Shown here one piece after another: positions 45,046-57,155 of a stretch of DNA of 64,000 bases. Below the pieces are notes generated by a model. It saw only the letters and a program-made list of their open reading frames with translations. It ran no database searches and was not told the origin of the DNA. Source of the stretch: Guillardia theta CCMP2712 (lineage: Eukaryota > Protista > Cryptophyta). The stretch spans positions 107,173-171,172 of the forward strand of contig NW_005434596.1 of assembly GCF_000315625.1 (NCBI RefSeq), in the 5' to 3' direction. A program made the position numbers and the translations under genes. How positions within the stretch are numbered: position 1 is the first letter of the stretch; the number at the start of each line of letters is the position of its first letter.

Positions 45046-45145
45046 NNNNNNNNNNNNNNNNNNNNNNNNNNNNNNNNNNNNNNNNNNNNNNNNNNNNNNN
45101 NNNNNNNNNNNNNNNNNNNNNNNNNNNNNNNNNNNNNNNNNNNNN
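45046..45145. other. Assembly gap (100 N)
   Basis: Run of N. The flanks do not join: the gene on the right ends at a splice donor. Confidence 0.99.
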
Positions 45146-45649
45146 TCACCTTTCCCTGCAGGTTCACAGACACGGTCGAGTGTCCATGCAGCGGCCCTGG
45201 CAGTGAGCAGCTGGTGGTGCCCGCAGTACAGCCAGTGGGGTTGGAGGAGCCATAGCAGTAGGTGACTGACGAGGGCGGGGAGGTGAAGTTCTGACAGATG
45301 CCTCTCATGCACGCGCCTGCACACAGATGAACCAGTCGAGTCAAGGACAAGAGGGCGCGAGCGAGGGCGCTTACCTGACTTGCAGGAGCTCAGCTGGGAG
45401 AAACTGTGCTGCTCCTCCAATCATGTAGTACTGCCCCAGATAGCTTGTCTTGGACCAGGTGGAGGTCTGCAGGAAAGAGTTGTTTGTGGCGTACGACCGC
45501 GTCATGTAAGTCTGCAGACTGTTTTGCCAGGAGGATGAGTCACTCAGACGTGTCATGATCTGGCGGAAGAGATCGCTTCCGGTGACGAAGGTGATGTTCA
45601 ACCTGCTGTTAGAGAGGACTTGTGCATTCAAGTTGTAGATGTAGCTCAT
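45146..45649 (-). CDS. 5' part of a Ser/Thr/Cys-rich hypothetical protein, truncated by the gap
   Basis: MSYIYNLNAQVLSNS...ELLQV, an intron, then CAGACMRGICQNFTSPPSSVTYCYGSSNPTGC...LQGK, then GT at the gap edge. Confidence 0.55.
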
Positions 45650-45851
45650 GGACGTGGTTGCTACTGGTGGGTACTGCCCCCCCGGCCGCCCGGCCTATGC
45701 GTGTCACCCCGTGAACCCCCGTGTCTCTGGCAGGTAAGGCCGGGCCATACTTGATCGGACTCCCGGATCCGCCGGATCCGATCATGATCATTGCCTAGTA
45801 CCGTACTACGGTAGCCTCATGGTACGGCAACTCTCCTGATTGTCACCCGGG

Positions 45852-45887
45852 CCTCGTACTAGGCTGATTTCTGACTTAACTTTGAGT
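45852..45887 (+). repeat. Conserved intergenic motif, copy 3 (variant with insertion)
   Basis: CCTCGTACTAGGCTGATTTCTGACTTAACTTTGAGT. Confidence 0.75.
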
Positions 45888-46085
45888 CAAGTTTTTAAAG
45901 ACCGTACTGCCGTAGTGACAGCGACGCACTGCCCGCACCAGTGCCGGGCCGGCGGCCGCCCGCACTGTGACTGCTGCAGCCCGGCCCGGGCTCAGGCCCC
46001 GGCCGGGCCGGGCCCGCCGCCAACTCTCATCAGAGCAAGAGAATCTTTCGCTTGAGGCGGGCTGGTTTGCGGATTGCGATGGCCA

Positions 46086-47517
46086 TGGCGATACCGAAGT
46101 TGGTCGCTTCGTTCCCGCCGACCCTGCGAGCGAGTGAGATGCGTGGAAGAGAGGCCGATGAAGGACAGAGGAGAAAGATGAGATGCGATCAAGTGCCAGA
46201 GATCAGGAAGGGATGGGATGGGGCGAGAGGAAGGGGAGAGATCGTCAAGAGACTGGGAGGAGGAGGGTTGACTTCCTCTTGTTCTTCCAGGCTCAGTGAG
46301 AGTCACAGCTCCGGCAGAGATCACGAGCTACAGCAAGGACGCATCAGGACGTATCACTATCCCGGCATGCCGGATCAGGTTGTACAAAAAGCCTCACCTT
46401 CCTTACGACCTCAACATTGGGATGAGCGAGTATATCGCCAAGAAGGAGGGGGACGTTACCCTTGAGCCAGTCCTCCAGGCGCTGTCTCATGCACAGTTTT
46501 CGACGACTCGGTCATGCGACTTCGTGAGCTACAGGAACAATCTCAACAAGATGTGAGTGCATCCCTTGCAAGCGCGCGCTGCTGAACCCCCTTATGCCAC
46601 CCAGCATGGAGACACCCTATAACAAGAAGGACCCGTGGAAGATAAAGCTGAGAAAAGACTCGTCAGTGATCTACATGGATGTTGTCAAGCTGGAGGAGCA
46701 GAGCACTCAGAGCCCAAGAAGCATGAGGAAATTTCAGTACTGGGGGTACAAGTTTGAAGGAGCCTGTACCTCGGATGATGGCGACCAGTCACATGTTGAC
46801 GCCAATGAGGAGTATTGCAGCGTGTTCCAGATCTCAATAGGAGAGAACAGGCTCGTGCTCGCTGCTGAGATGGACTGCATCGAGCCGGAGAAGGAGGAGC
46901 AAAGCGAGAAGGAGGGAGGTGGAAAGAGGAGGTACGTGGAGTTGAAGACAAGCAGGTGAGATAAGGTGAGGGTTGCGATGCTTGAGATTCACATGTGTAG
47001 GGTTATATCACATCCGAATCAGAACAACACCTTTCAGCGATTCAAACTGTTGAAGTTCTGGATACAATCGTTCTTGGGAGGAGTCGGAAAGATAGTATGT
47101 GGATTTCGGGATGACGACGGGATATTGCAGGAGGTGCTCTTGTTTCCTACTAGTTCCCCTTGTTTGGGCCTGATCGGAGCCCGTCAGGTGAAAGAGTTCA
47201 AGACCCTTGAGATTCCCCGGTGAGAGCCAGAGCAGCATGCAACCCTGTTGTCACTCCTCACATCAGGATGGTACGAGGCAAGCCAAACATGTGGGATCCA
47301 AACGTTTGTCTCAAGTTCACAGAGGATCTCTTGACAAGACTCAAGACGCTTGTGAAAGAGGTGATATGCTTGAAGTTAAATGTGGCAGATTCATTCTCCT
47401 GACACTTTGGTTTGTTCTCCTTCTCCGCAGAGTGTTTCTTACGAGCTCGTCTACGAACCCAAACAGGAACAAGTTCGATTATTCGAGACAGATCCCCAGG
47501 TGGCAGCGCGTTCCTAA
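46086..47517 (+). CDS. DXO: DXO/Rai1 family decapping exoribonuclease
   Basis: [77 protein letters not shown] and WDPNVCL.F. Start and last exon uncertain. Confidence 0.92.
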
Positions 47518-49850
47518 TGGTAGGACCCTGTCTGTGATGTATCCAACATGTTGGAAGACGACAGGTTCAACTTGATCTGAGAGATGCACTCCCTCGCCTC
47601 CTTCCACGCCCTCGCAGTCTCCTGCACCAATAAACTCATCAAGACTTTGATTGCACGGAGCGCGTAAACCTTCTTGAGCTTCTCGCATTCATCTTGCAGC
47701 CTCATCCTCTCTTTCTCCGACTCTCTCAGTGTATCCAACTCTTCCTGTTCGCGCATGTCAAGGGCGACATAACAAAGACTGAGGGGTAGACGAACCAGAG
47801 CACTCTTCAGGGCAGCATACAACTCTTTCTCGATAGGAGCATCTTGATCTGACAAACCAGTCAACTTTCAAGTGACCTGCCTTCTCAATCCTGTCACCCA
47901 CCAGGTGACCAATCTCTCTCTTCGTGAAGAATCCCATCCGTCAGCAAGGCAGCTCTCCGCATCCCATCCACTGCCTCCTGGTACGTCGAGAGCTTGGAGG
48001 AGAGCTGCTCGTATTTCTCTATGATGGTCTTCTGTCGAAATCTACAAAATGCCAGTCTCTTCTTCCCTGGAAACGATTCAATATTTTGACAGACTCGCCT
48101 CTGAGAGCTCACTTGCTTCGGTCGTGGAGCTCTCACTGAACCATTCGCTCACTGCTTCAGTCAGCAGCACCAGCGAGCTGAACCTGATGGCAGTGTGCTT
48201 GCAACTGACCCTCTCGTCTTGAATCTCATCGTCTTCTCCATCACCTGGAATGAGGCAGGTGAGAATCATGTATCAGTGAGCAGAGTCGGACCTTGAGATG
48301 TGAGGGAACTCCGATCATCCTCAAGACCTGCACGAGATTCTTCGTCTCCAAGCTCTCCACTTATTCCCATCACAACCTCCTGGATTGTCTGTATTTGTGT
48401 GATCATGGACCGCAATTGATTCTCAACTTCTGGATCTGAGGTGCTGTTGTTTTGTGACTCGCCTGTGTCAAGAGGTTTTGAAAGTCTCTCAACTTGAGCG
48501 CAAAGCATAGACAAAACTTCGTTCTTCTTGTCCAATTCAGCCTTTAGAGAGAAGATAATATCGTCCTTTTTTTCCATCTCGATTTCTCTCATATTCTGTT
48601 CATATCGAATGATTTCCTTCAGATTCTTGATTTCTTTGTCTTTTGCTGCTTCATCCTTAATTTCCTTTGATTCTCCATAAGCAACCTCTCTGCTGCATTC
48701 TTCTTCCCTGCAAGATCAAGTCAGAGGTCATCAAACAAAGTTTTGGGCATAGCGAGTCACTTACTTCACTTCGCTGAATTCTAGATTCCCAGACAAATCA
48801 GAACTTCTTGATAGACCCTCTTGGTTACAGAAAGGAACGTTCACAACGACGCAGCTCTCATCATCTAGCGGGCCAGCGTCATGAAAAAAGCACAAGCTCC
48901 TCATGTTTCAGCGTCACCTCTTTCTTCGTTGGGTTCATGGCTCTGGAACAGAAGTTGTTTTGCAGTTGAATTGTCTTCAATGAAGTTAATTTCTGACTCA
49001 TCGGCATTCTGAAAGCATTCTTTGAGCGAGCGGACTCAAATTGTATTACCTCAGAATTACCTGTTGAGGTTTGAGCTGCGAATGCGACATCTGTGGAAGA
49101 ATAGGAGAGTTGAAACCAGTCTCTCCACCTTCTGTCGACCGATTGCTTCAAAGAAAGGAACCTCCATAAGCATTATCATCTCACCTTCATGGAAAAAGTT
49201 TTTGACAACATGGACCTGCGATAGGGTTTACATCATCGGAATACTGGCAGACCTCAAGTCCTCACTGGTGGATGAACTGCCTGCTCTAAGAGATTGCACC
49301 ACTTCTGTCTCTGCTCCTCTGTCGGTACCTGCAGGAACAAGACATCATCAGATTCAGGGCAGGCACATGAATAACGATGCACAGTCTTACCGCCAATACG
49401 TGCTGTCGTTCGGACCCTTGCAGCTCGATCGTGAACACATATCTTCCAGTCACGTGCTGCAGCAGGAGGTTCACACAGCGGTGAGGAGTGCAGTCATGGT
49501 GGAACGACCTCAGATGAGTCTTGCTTCGAGATCCGAGCCCCATGAATGTATACGGTCTTGATAGCTTCCTTTCCTTCTTGCCATTCCTTCATGTTGTGAA
49601 AGAAATCTACAGAGGGCCCTCTAACAACAACATATCTTTCCCTCCACAGTCGGACAGAAGAGGCAACCCTCCACATCTTCCCTAGTTTCCACACCACTCC
49701 ACATCCCAGCAAACTATCGTCTGATTGCGTTCTTCTGAAACAGAAGTTCACTGACAACGCAGTCACATGTTGCGCCTCACCTGGATTGTTTCGAAGAAGA
49801 TGAGCGCTGAGCTTCTTCCATGCTCCGGCTCGTGTTCATCGCCGACAGCA
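47514..49850 (-). CDS. PH-domain coiled-coil protein
   Basis: CGVVWKLGKMWRVASSVRLWRERYVVVRGPSVDFFH...YVFTIEL (PH pattern), followed by coiled-coil exons (EIEMEKKDDIIFSLKAELDKKNEVL). Confidence 0.7.
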
Positions 49851-50157
49851 TTTTGTTCTGTAGAAGATTAAGAGCCTGTCAGATATCCCTTGTGCATGCC
49901 TTCTCTCCCTCTTTCAGACACTAGTTCCTTGCATTCCTCGCATTTTTCATTGACAAGGACGTAACTTGACGTATAGTCGAACTTAAAGGTCCTTCTAACC
50001 TTAAAATCTTCTTCCTCCTCCGCGCCTAGCTGCTCTTCTTACGACACTTTCAACCTATATGCCAGACTTTAGCTGAGATTTCTAGATCTCTTCTCTGCTC
50101 GAATGCTCGCATGCTCAGATCTGGTGAAGTTCCCCTCAAGCTTCGGGAATGCCTCCT

Positions 50158-50258
50158 CCTCTATCGCCATGAGGCTCTACCGCCATGCACTACCGCCATG
50201 CTCTTCATGCTCTATCGCCATGCTCTACCGCCATGCTCTTCATGCTCTATCGCCATGC
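50158..50258. repeat. Degenerate tandem repeat of (CT)CTAYCGCCATG units
   Basis: CGCCATG repeated 6 times within about 100 bp. Confidence 0.75.
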
Positions 50259-51201
50259 GGCTGGTCCGCGCCCGGACCTCCTGCACTGACTGCGGCAATC
50301 GAAGTATACCAATGAATAGGGAAGACAAGTTAGCCTCAGGATCTCTAGTAATAAAATTACAAGGCAGAAACAAGAAGCTACCGCTATGATAGCGCAGCAA
50401 GGTGGCAGCGCCCCCGGACGCTTTTTGGTCATTACATCTCGTTCTTTCTCATTCTTTCACGTGTGTCAAGCACATTTTGTTTCAAGTTGCGATCTCATAC
50501 GCCAAGATCTCGTTTGACCAGTTCACGTCAGTTTTCAAAGTTCTTCCTCAGGAGGCCAGTATCCCCAAGTCAGGTCATCAACTTATGTTTCCTTCATCCT
50601 TCGAGTTAAGTTATGCATTCATTCGCCATCCTACTTGCAAACAATTCCTCGTGGCGAAGCATGATCGATTCTAAGCTGCATCGAATATTTGCCAGCAAAT
50701 GCAATGTGTGAGCCTTCTGCGGTCATGCATGAGAGAAATTGTAGTTTTGATAGACACGCATGCAAGAATGCTGAAAAGCAAGCAAATATGATCTATTGAA
50801 CATTGCACACATCATCAGTCGGGACCATGAAGAGCAAAGGTCAACTAGAGTTCCTTGGTCCTCAGCTTCAAAATCAATTGCTTATGTAGTAATGCTGAAC
50901 TGCCATCCAATCTCCCCCACCCTCTCCTCCACGTGACTGTCAAATAAACTTCATATCTCTCTCTTCACCTTTGTTGTGTGTGATCGGAGGTGCCTTGACC
51001 ATTCTCTGTACTCGTTGCAATCTGTAAAGCTTCGGGCTATGACAAGCTCCCCCTCCGTCGCTATCTTCCATCCGAAGCTTCCCTTCCTCCGATCTTCCTT
51101 CCCCCCTCCTCTTCCCCATATGGAGAAGAGTCAGTTAGCGAGACATCGGAGGCTTCCTCCTTCACCCTGCGTTCATTCCAGCGTCTAAGTGCAGCGTCTA
51201 A

Positions 51202-51266
51202 GTGCAGCTCCGCCTCGTCCTCATGCACTGCACGCATGGCCGCCCCTCGTCGCATCCCACCTTGGA
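51202..51266 (-). pseudogene. Relic of the third Zn2Cys6 domain of the neighbouring genes
   Basis: SKVGCDEGRPCVQCMRTRRSCT*, a diverged match to 51859..51922. Confidence 0.8.
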
Positions 51267-51553
51267 TTGGAGTTATGGGAGGGAGCTAGAGATTGGCAGA
51301 GTTTTCCTTGCGGGATCTCTCTGTCTCTGTCTCTGTCTCTGTCTCTGTCTCTCATTCATGACTATCTTTCTAGGAGCTAGGCCTGCAGTTTGATTCGGAT
51401 GAAAGCACGATTTCTTGTTAGATGAAACCGTTGTTGAAAAAGCTTGAAAGCGCAAAATAATGATAGCAAATCACTTTCAAAGGCAAGTACAGGTGCTAAG
51501 ATCTGCTAACAACATAAATTGAAGAAGTGAGCAGAACTCGTATCAACCTACGA

Positions 51554-52408
51554 TCAACGGACTTTATTCTCCTTCAATGTCTCATAATCCGTAAACAACA
51601 TCACATCATCTTCTGAATCCCAACCTCTACCCTCTGTCGTTCCCTCTCCAAACATATCCGAGCCGACTTGGCTCTGCGACTCCTCCTCCCAACATGACCC
51701 TCCTGGCATCCGAAGCATCAACTCCTCCTCATCGTCGTGCTCCGCGGCAAGGCTTAGCCCTTCGCTCGCCAAGAAGCTCATCCATCCCTTGCTTCCTGTA
51801 CCGACACCTTCCCCCTCCCCCTCCCCCTCCCCCTCCTCCTCCCCCTCGAGCGCCTCCGTGCAGCTCCGCCCCGTCCTCATGCACCGTATGCATGGCCGCC
51901 CCTCGTCGCATCCCACCTTGGATCGCCGGCATCGGCTGCATGCTCGCCTCACCTGCTTCCTCCTACGCTGCAGCTGGCACGCCGACCACATGTCCAGCTG
52001 CTGCCAGCTACTCGGCATCTGCACGCGTGCAAAAAGCCCCTGCTCTCGCGCCCACCCGCTCAAAGTACACGCGTAGCTCTCCAGACACTCCCCGCACGCC
52101 TGCGCGACGTTGGTCTTGCACCTGGAGCAGGGCCTCTCCATGCTGCAGCGGATCTTCTTCTGCCGGCAGCCTTCGCAGGACCGGCGCTGGACCTCCGCCC
52201 CCGGCAAGCCCATCCCAGCCGTCGAGGACGCAGCCCTGGGCAGCCCGCCTGCGTAGGCCAAGCAGGCCTGGCCGCATCCCTGGCGCTGGCAGCGGGAGCA
52301 GGGACGGGAGTTATCGCACTTGACCTTGTGCACCTTGCAGCGGAGGCAGGCGACGAAGGCACGGGAGGGAGCAGGGGAAGGGAGAGAGGGGGAAGGGAAC
52401 GGAAGCAT
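51554..52408 (-). CDS. Triple Zn(II)2Cys6 (Gal4-type) domain protein, copy A, intronless
   Basis: ACLRCKVHKVKCDNSRPCSRCQRQGCGQAC; SCEGCRQKKIRCSMERPCSRCKTNVAQAC; ACSRCRRSKVGCDEGRPCIRCMRTGRSC; acidic tail. Confidence 0.88.
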   Translation of the reverse strand: MLPFPSPSLPSPAPSRAFVACLRCKVHKVKCDNSRPCSRCQRQGCGQACLAYAGGLPRAASSTAGMGLPGAEVQRRSCEGCRQKKIRCSMERPCSRCKTNVAQACGECLESYACTLSGWAREQGLFARVQMPSSWQQLDMWSACQLQRRRKQVRRACSRCRRSKVGCDEGRPCIRCMRTGRSCTEALEGEEEGEGEGEGEGVGTGSKGWMSFLASEGLSLAAEHDDEEELMLRMPGGSCWEEESQSQVGSDMFGEGTTEGRGWDSEDDVMLFTDYETLKENKVR

Positions 52409-52902
52409 CGAGCGTTCAATCTTCCAGCGTGCAGGGTGTGCCGGGAATCTAGGCTACGGTAAAATGTTATTAGTAGTATCCTCGTTATAAACTTGTAATC
52501 ATTTTCGGAGTCGGAGTCGGCGGGTTTGATAGTCAGCATCGGAATGTCACAGACCGGAAATCCTCTCACAGTTTCATTTTATGTTTAAAAAGGTGCGGGA
52601 TGTTAGCATCCCCGAATCGTTGTAGTCTCGGGTCTATTTATATGTAGTCAACCCACATATGTTTTTTTTTCCACCCGCTCGTTCCCCCTTCAGGCTCCTG
52701 CTCGCGTGCCCCTGGCTGCAAGGTATGTTCCCACATGCTTGCAAGTTCAGTGGACTTCACTATTCCAATATCTCGCGCAGTTACCGACCGAATAAGCACC
52801 AGCCTGACTGCCTGCTGGATAACTTAGGTAAGGTTCTCTGTTCGTCACGCACATTTTAACGTTCGTTGCATCGCCAGGGCGACAGAAGTGGAAGGAAAAC
52901 AG

Positions 52903-52962
52903 ATGAACAGATATCTGCACGTCTTGAAAAAAATGAACAGATATCTGCACGTCTTGAAAAAA
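52903..52962. repeat. 30-bp perfect tandem duplication ATGAACAGATATCTGCACGTCTTGAAAAAA
   Basis: Direct reading. Confidence 0.9.
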
Positions 52963-54270
52963 CATGTAGGCGCCAGCGTGAAAGCAGAGAAATGAGGGAA
53001 TTAAAATGACATCTGGATCTTCTTTGTTAGAGTGTCGATCTGAGATGATGTGCATGAAGTTTTGTTAGGCAATATCACATGATACTCTTCTCAGCAACCA
53101 CCTTTCCGAGGCTTGCCATTCCTCTGGATGTGACGGCGGCAACAAAGATGGGTTCGCTCCGGTTTCTTTCCGAACCGTGAATTATTATGCACTCCTCGAT
53201 AGGCACTGATGGTTTCGCTGATCTACGTTACCTTACTGACTGAAACTTGGAGCAGTTTGTAAGCAGCGGTGCTAATGTGTTGAACTTCAAGTTCTGAATT
53301 TGCTATTCCGTCATGTGACATCTCAACCTGTTTTTCCTGTTTGTCCTTTCATCCTTCTGAAGCGAAGTGCAGGTTGCAGCATTTGTTAGCAGCCACCACG
53401 AAGGATTCTGCATGCCTCAATATGCTTCATCTTCATCACAGAATTTAGGCAATTCAACCTTACTACAGAAAAGAAATTGAGGTTATGCATGTATTGTTTC
53501 AAGACCGATTTCCTTCGTTTGCAAGGCTACAAATATTCTTGGAATCCAGATAAACAGATCAAGAGAAAGATTTTAAATTTCAGACTTCAGATTGATCAGC
53601 AGAGACTTTGAGTAGATTGACATGAATCAAGGGAAAGAACAGCAAAATAACAAGTTTTTGATCAGCAAGTAAACAGGTTTTCGCTGTCAGGTGCCATTTG
53701 CTTGGAAGAAAGAGTAAGATAACATGGAGATTCAAAGCAATCTTGATTCTTGAGGAGTAGATGATGAAGGATCCAAGAAGAAGGAAGAATGATCCATTGT
53801 GTAGGAAGGACTCAGATTGTCCTGGGTAGAAGAGACTCAGATATGAGATCATTTTCCTTGGAAGAGTCACGCGACACGGTGCATTTCCAGTTTGTACATG
53901 TGTTCAAAAGATAGTTGGGTTTGAGAAAGTGTGAGACTCCTTTCCAAGTATCACCTCATAAGGCAGTAACGATCATCACCTTGTCTTGAGTTAAGATTGC
54001 GGTAACCCTGACAAAGCAAGACTGCATCCATGTGCGTGGAACATGGATCTCAGAAGCAATGACAGCTGATGGTCGACACATTGGATTAGATACGCAACCT
54101 CCAGTGATCACTGTTTGCCACCACTGCTCGGTGTAACATGCTTGAGGTTAAATTTTGATCAAAGCATAAGTGAAATGATCAACCACAAATGAAGTGAAGC
54201 TTTTTACACACCGATGCAGATGCAAGTTTTACTTATTTCTCTAAGTTTTTAATACAAAAAAACATCTGTA

Positions 54271-55236
54271 TCATAACCAAGCACTTGCGCTGTCTTGAAA
54301 AAGCATGGTCTCTTCCTCACAATTGATATGCTCGAAAGATCCGAGTTGGGTCCTTTGAGAATGTGGGATTCCTCCAATCTGACTCCTATTCGACTCCTGT
54401 CCAACCCTTTCTGTCGGAAACAAACTTTCGACCCCAGTCTCATTTCCCCATTCTTCCCATCCTTCAATCCAGTCTCCCCTCCCCTCCATCACTCCTAGGT
54501 TTGCTATCTCCTCACACTCAATCCATCCCTCGCTTCCTGTACCGACACCTTCCTCCTCCCCCTCCCCCTCCTCCTCCCCCTCGAGCGCCTCCGTGCAGCT
54601 CCGCCCCGTCCTCATGCACCGTATGCATGGCCGCCCCTCGTCGCATCCCACCTTGGATCGCCGGCATCGGCTGCATGCTCGCCTCACCTGCTTCCTCCTA
54701 CGCTGCAGCTGACACGCCGACCACATGTCCAGCTGCTGCCAGCTACTCGGCATCTGCACGCGTGCAAAAAGCCCCTGCTCTCGCGCCCACCCGCTCAAAG
54801 TACACGCGTAGCTCTCCAGACAATCCCCGCACGCCTGCGCGACGTTGGTCTTGCACCTGGAGCAGGGCCTCTCCATGCTGCAGCGGATCTTCTTCTGCCG
54901 GCAGCCTTCGCAGGACCGGCGCTGGACCACCGCCCCCGGCAAGCCCATCCCAGCCGTCGAGGACGCAGCCCTAGGCAGCCCGCCTGCGCTCAGCCCCGGA
55001 GAGTCGACGACAGGCCGGGCAGCGTAGGCCAAGCAGGCCTGGCCGCATCCCTGGCGCTGGCAGCGGGAGCAGGGACGGGAGTTATCGCACTTGACCTTGT
55101 GCACCTTGCAGCGGAGGCAGGCGACGAAGGCACGGGAGGGAGCAGGGGAAGGGGCAGGGGGGGAAGGGAATGGATTGGCTGGTATGATTGGAGCGAGGAT
55201 GGATGGAGGGAGCGAGGGTGTCGGTATATCCGACAT
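54271..55236 (-). CDS. Triple Zn(II)2Cys6 domain protein, copy B, intronless
   Basis: Same three Cys6 clusters as copy A, plus a 12-aa insertion and different termini. Confidence 0.88.
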   Translation of the reverse strand: MSDIPTPSLPPSILAPIIPANPFPSPPAPSPAPSRAFVACLRCKVHKVKCDNSRPCSRCQRQGCGQACLAYAARPVVDSPGLSAGGLPRAASSTAGMGLPGAVVQRRSCEGCRQKKIRCSMERPCSRCKTNVAQACGDCLESYACTLSGWAREQGLFARVQMPSSWQQLDMWSACQLQRRRKQVRRACSRCRRSKVGCDEGRPCIRCMRTGRSCTEALEGEEEGEGEEEGVGTGSEGWIECEEIANLGVMEGRGDWIEGWEEWGNETGVESLFPTERVGQESNRSQIGGIPHSQRTQLGSFEHINCEEETMLFQDSASAWL

Positions 55237-55620
55237 GGCGAGAGCTGTGTGCTGGATTGCTCAGTTGAAACCCAATGCTTATTTATGATCCCTCATTCTT
55301 TTTTTTCATGAGTATACTGATCCCTTGCGATTGGGATCCGTTTTAATAATATTTTAATAATAACAATCGGTCGAATTGATTTTTAAAATTGTGGTTGGCA
55401 GATGAGATAGAACAAGGGTAGTAGTAAAAACTAGGGAAGGTGCTCCAAAATGGAATAGTTTATAACTCCTTGCTATATGACCAAGTCCGAGACTCCGACC
55501 CAAGTCCGAGACTCCGATTACTGAGCTCTGTTACCGTCGTAGTACTAACGGGAGTCGGAGTCACGTGAATCAAGTAGCAGTAGCAAGAATGCTAGTTTGA
55601 TTTCTGAAAGTCATCCCCAC

Positions 55621-55723
55621 TGATTTTTAACTTAACTTTGAGTAAAGAAGTTGGGAACCGGACCGCATGCCGCCTCACTCATTACTCATTTTACTCAAAG
55701 TTAAGTTAAAGATCTGCACGAGG
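55621..55723. repeat. Inverted pair of the conserved motif (copies 4 and 5), MITE/hairpin-like
   Basis: TTTAACTTAACTTTGAGTAAA ... TTTACTCAAAGTTAAGTTAAAGATCTGCACGAGG. Confidence 0.85.
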
Positions 55724-55850
55724 CCCGGACAATCAGGAGACCTTGCTGTGAGAGTCGCTGAGGCCTGAGGCTTGATCCTGACCGTGACGAGGAGAACCAA
55801 AGCCCATCCTGCCAACCGTGCGGTCACCCAAACACATTACTACTGCATGT

Positions 55851-55881
55851 CCTCGTACTGATTTTTAACTTAACTTTGAGT
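55851..55881 (+). repeat. 31-bp conserved intergenic motif, copy 6
   Basis: CCTCGTACTGATTTTTAACTTAACTTTGAGT, identical to the copy at 43380. Confidence 0.9.
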
Positions 55882-56026
55882 ATCTGTCACTGAAAGTTTA
55901 CTCAAAGCTGACTCACTGGCCTGAGCTTTGAGTGACTCGGCGGAGGCCGCCCGGCCGGGCCGCTGCCCGGCGCGCCCGGGACCGTACTACTACTTTGTTA
56001 GCGGTTCCGTGCGCCCCCGGGCCTTG

Positions 56027-57143
56027 ATGCCGCATGCCAGCATGATGAGATGGGTGCCTGAAGCGATGATGATGCGCTCTCGTGCGACCAGTCGATGGCC
56101 GACCTCAAGGCGGCAGCAGGTGTGCCATGCGCACAAGGTGAGAGGGGTATCCATGGTTCCCCGCAAGTCGGATCGGGATGTTGTGACTGAGACGAACGGG
56201 AGAAATGCGCCTCCTCCAATGACAGGTTTGAATGTCATCCACAGATGTGATAACTATGTAGTGGTTGACAAACGATACGATTCAAGGATATCAGGAGACT
56301 TCGAGCATACGGTAGAGAAGCTACTGCTGCAAGAGCATGCAGCAATCTTCCCATGTCACCGTCTTGACTACGCCACGTCGGGTGCGATGATTTGGGCTCT
56401 GAACAGCGAGGCAGCGGCTAAGGCGTCCAAGTGCTTTCGAAGACGCAATGTCATCAAGCTGTACCTCGCACTCGTGCAGGGCCACATCGAAGGCCCCACG
56501 CTAGAGGATCTGAAAGCATCTCGTTGGCATGGGCTGCAGGATCCTTACAGGATGCTCGACTGGCCTATTGGCCCCGATGAAGAGCATGGATTCAGGATGA
56601 AGGTGCTGATCCCGAGCCAGGGCGGAAAAGTCTCGCAGACAAGGATGAAGGTAGTGTCAAGGGGGGAATGCTGCGGCAAGAAAGCGTCCAAGGTGATACT
56701 GCAGCCCGAGACTGGACGGAGGCACCAGCTGAGAGTTCACATGTAAGAAGAACCCGACAACGCTGTCGTGCGACTTTGGTCGATGACTTTGCACAGGATG
56801 AAATTTGGGCATCCGATCATTGGGGACGCAACTTACACGGACGATTTTCAGTCTCCCAGGTGACGACGTGGCATCTTTCTGCTGAGGGCTGACGATCTTC
56901 GATGCAGGATGATGCTTCATGCATGGAGCCTCACGTTTGTGAATAGAAGCATACACGGTGAGTCTTTCTGCAATGATCGGAAGGTAGCCAAGACTCACTG
57001 TTGGGATGAAAGATACGGAGAGAAAAGCTGGAGAGAAGGGGGCGAGCAGCGATGCCATGGTCCTGTGCGGTTTGAAGGAGAGCGACGCATCCTTCCTCGC
57101 TCCTGATCCACTAGAGGCCTTCTACGACAGGAAAGACGGATAA
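56027..57143 (+). CDS. RluA-family RNA pseudouridine synthase (RPUSD1-like)
   Basis: YVVVDK, CHRLDYATSG (catalytic Asp), KLYLALVQG, PETGRRHQLRVHM, GHPIIGDATY and RMMLHAWSL. Confidence 0.9.
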
Positions 57144-57155
57144 TGCAATACCGAC

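Noticed and set aside
44836-45420. ORFs spanning the N run
   Set aside because: Artefacts of translating across the gap
53100-54200. Possible gene between the two Zn-cluster genes
   Set aside because: Some splice-like signals, but no coherent frame or recognisable motif could be assembled
54989-55024. 36-nt indel between the Zn-cluster copies as an intron loss
   Set aside because: A branch/acceptor-like CTGAGCGCAG is present, but the boundaries give no GT or GC donor paired with AG. A microhomology deletion explains it better.
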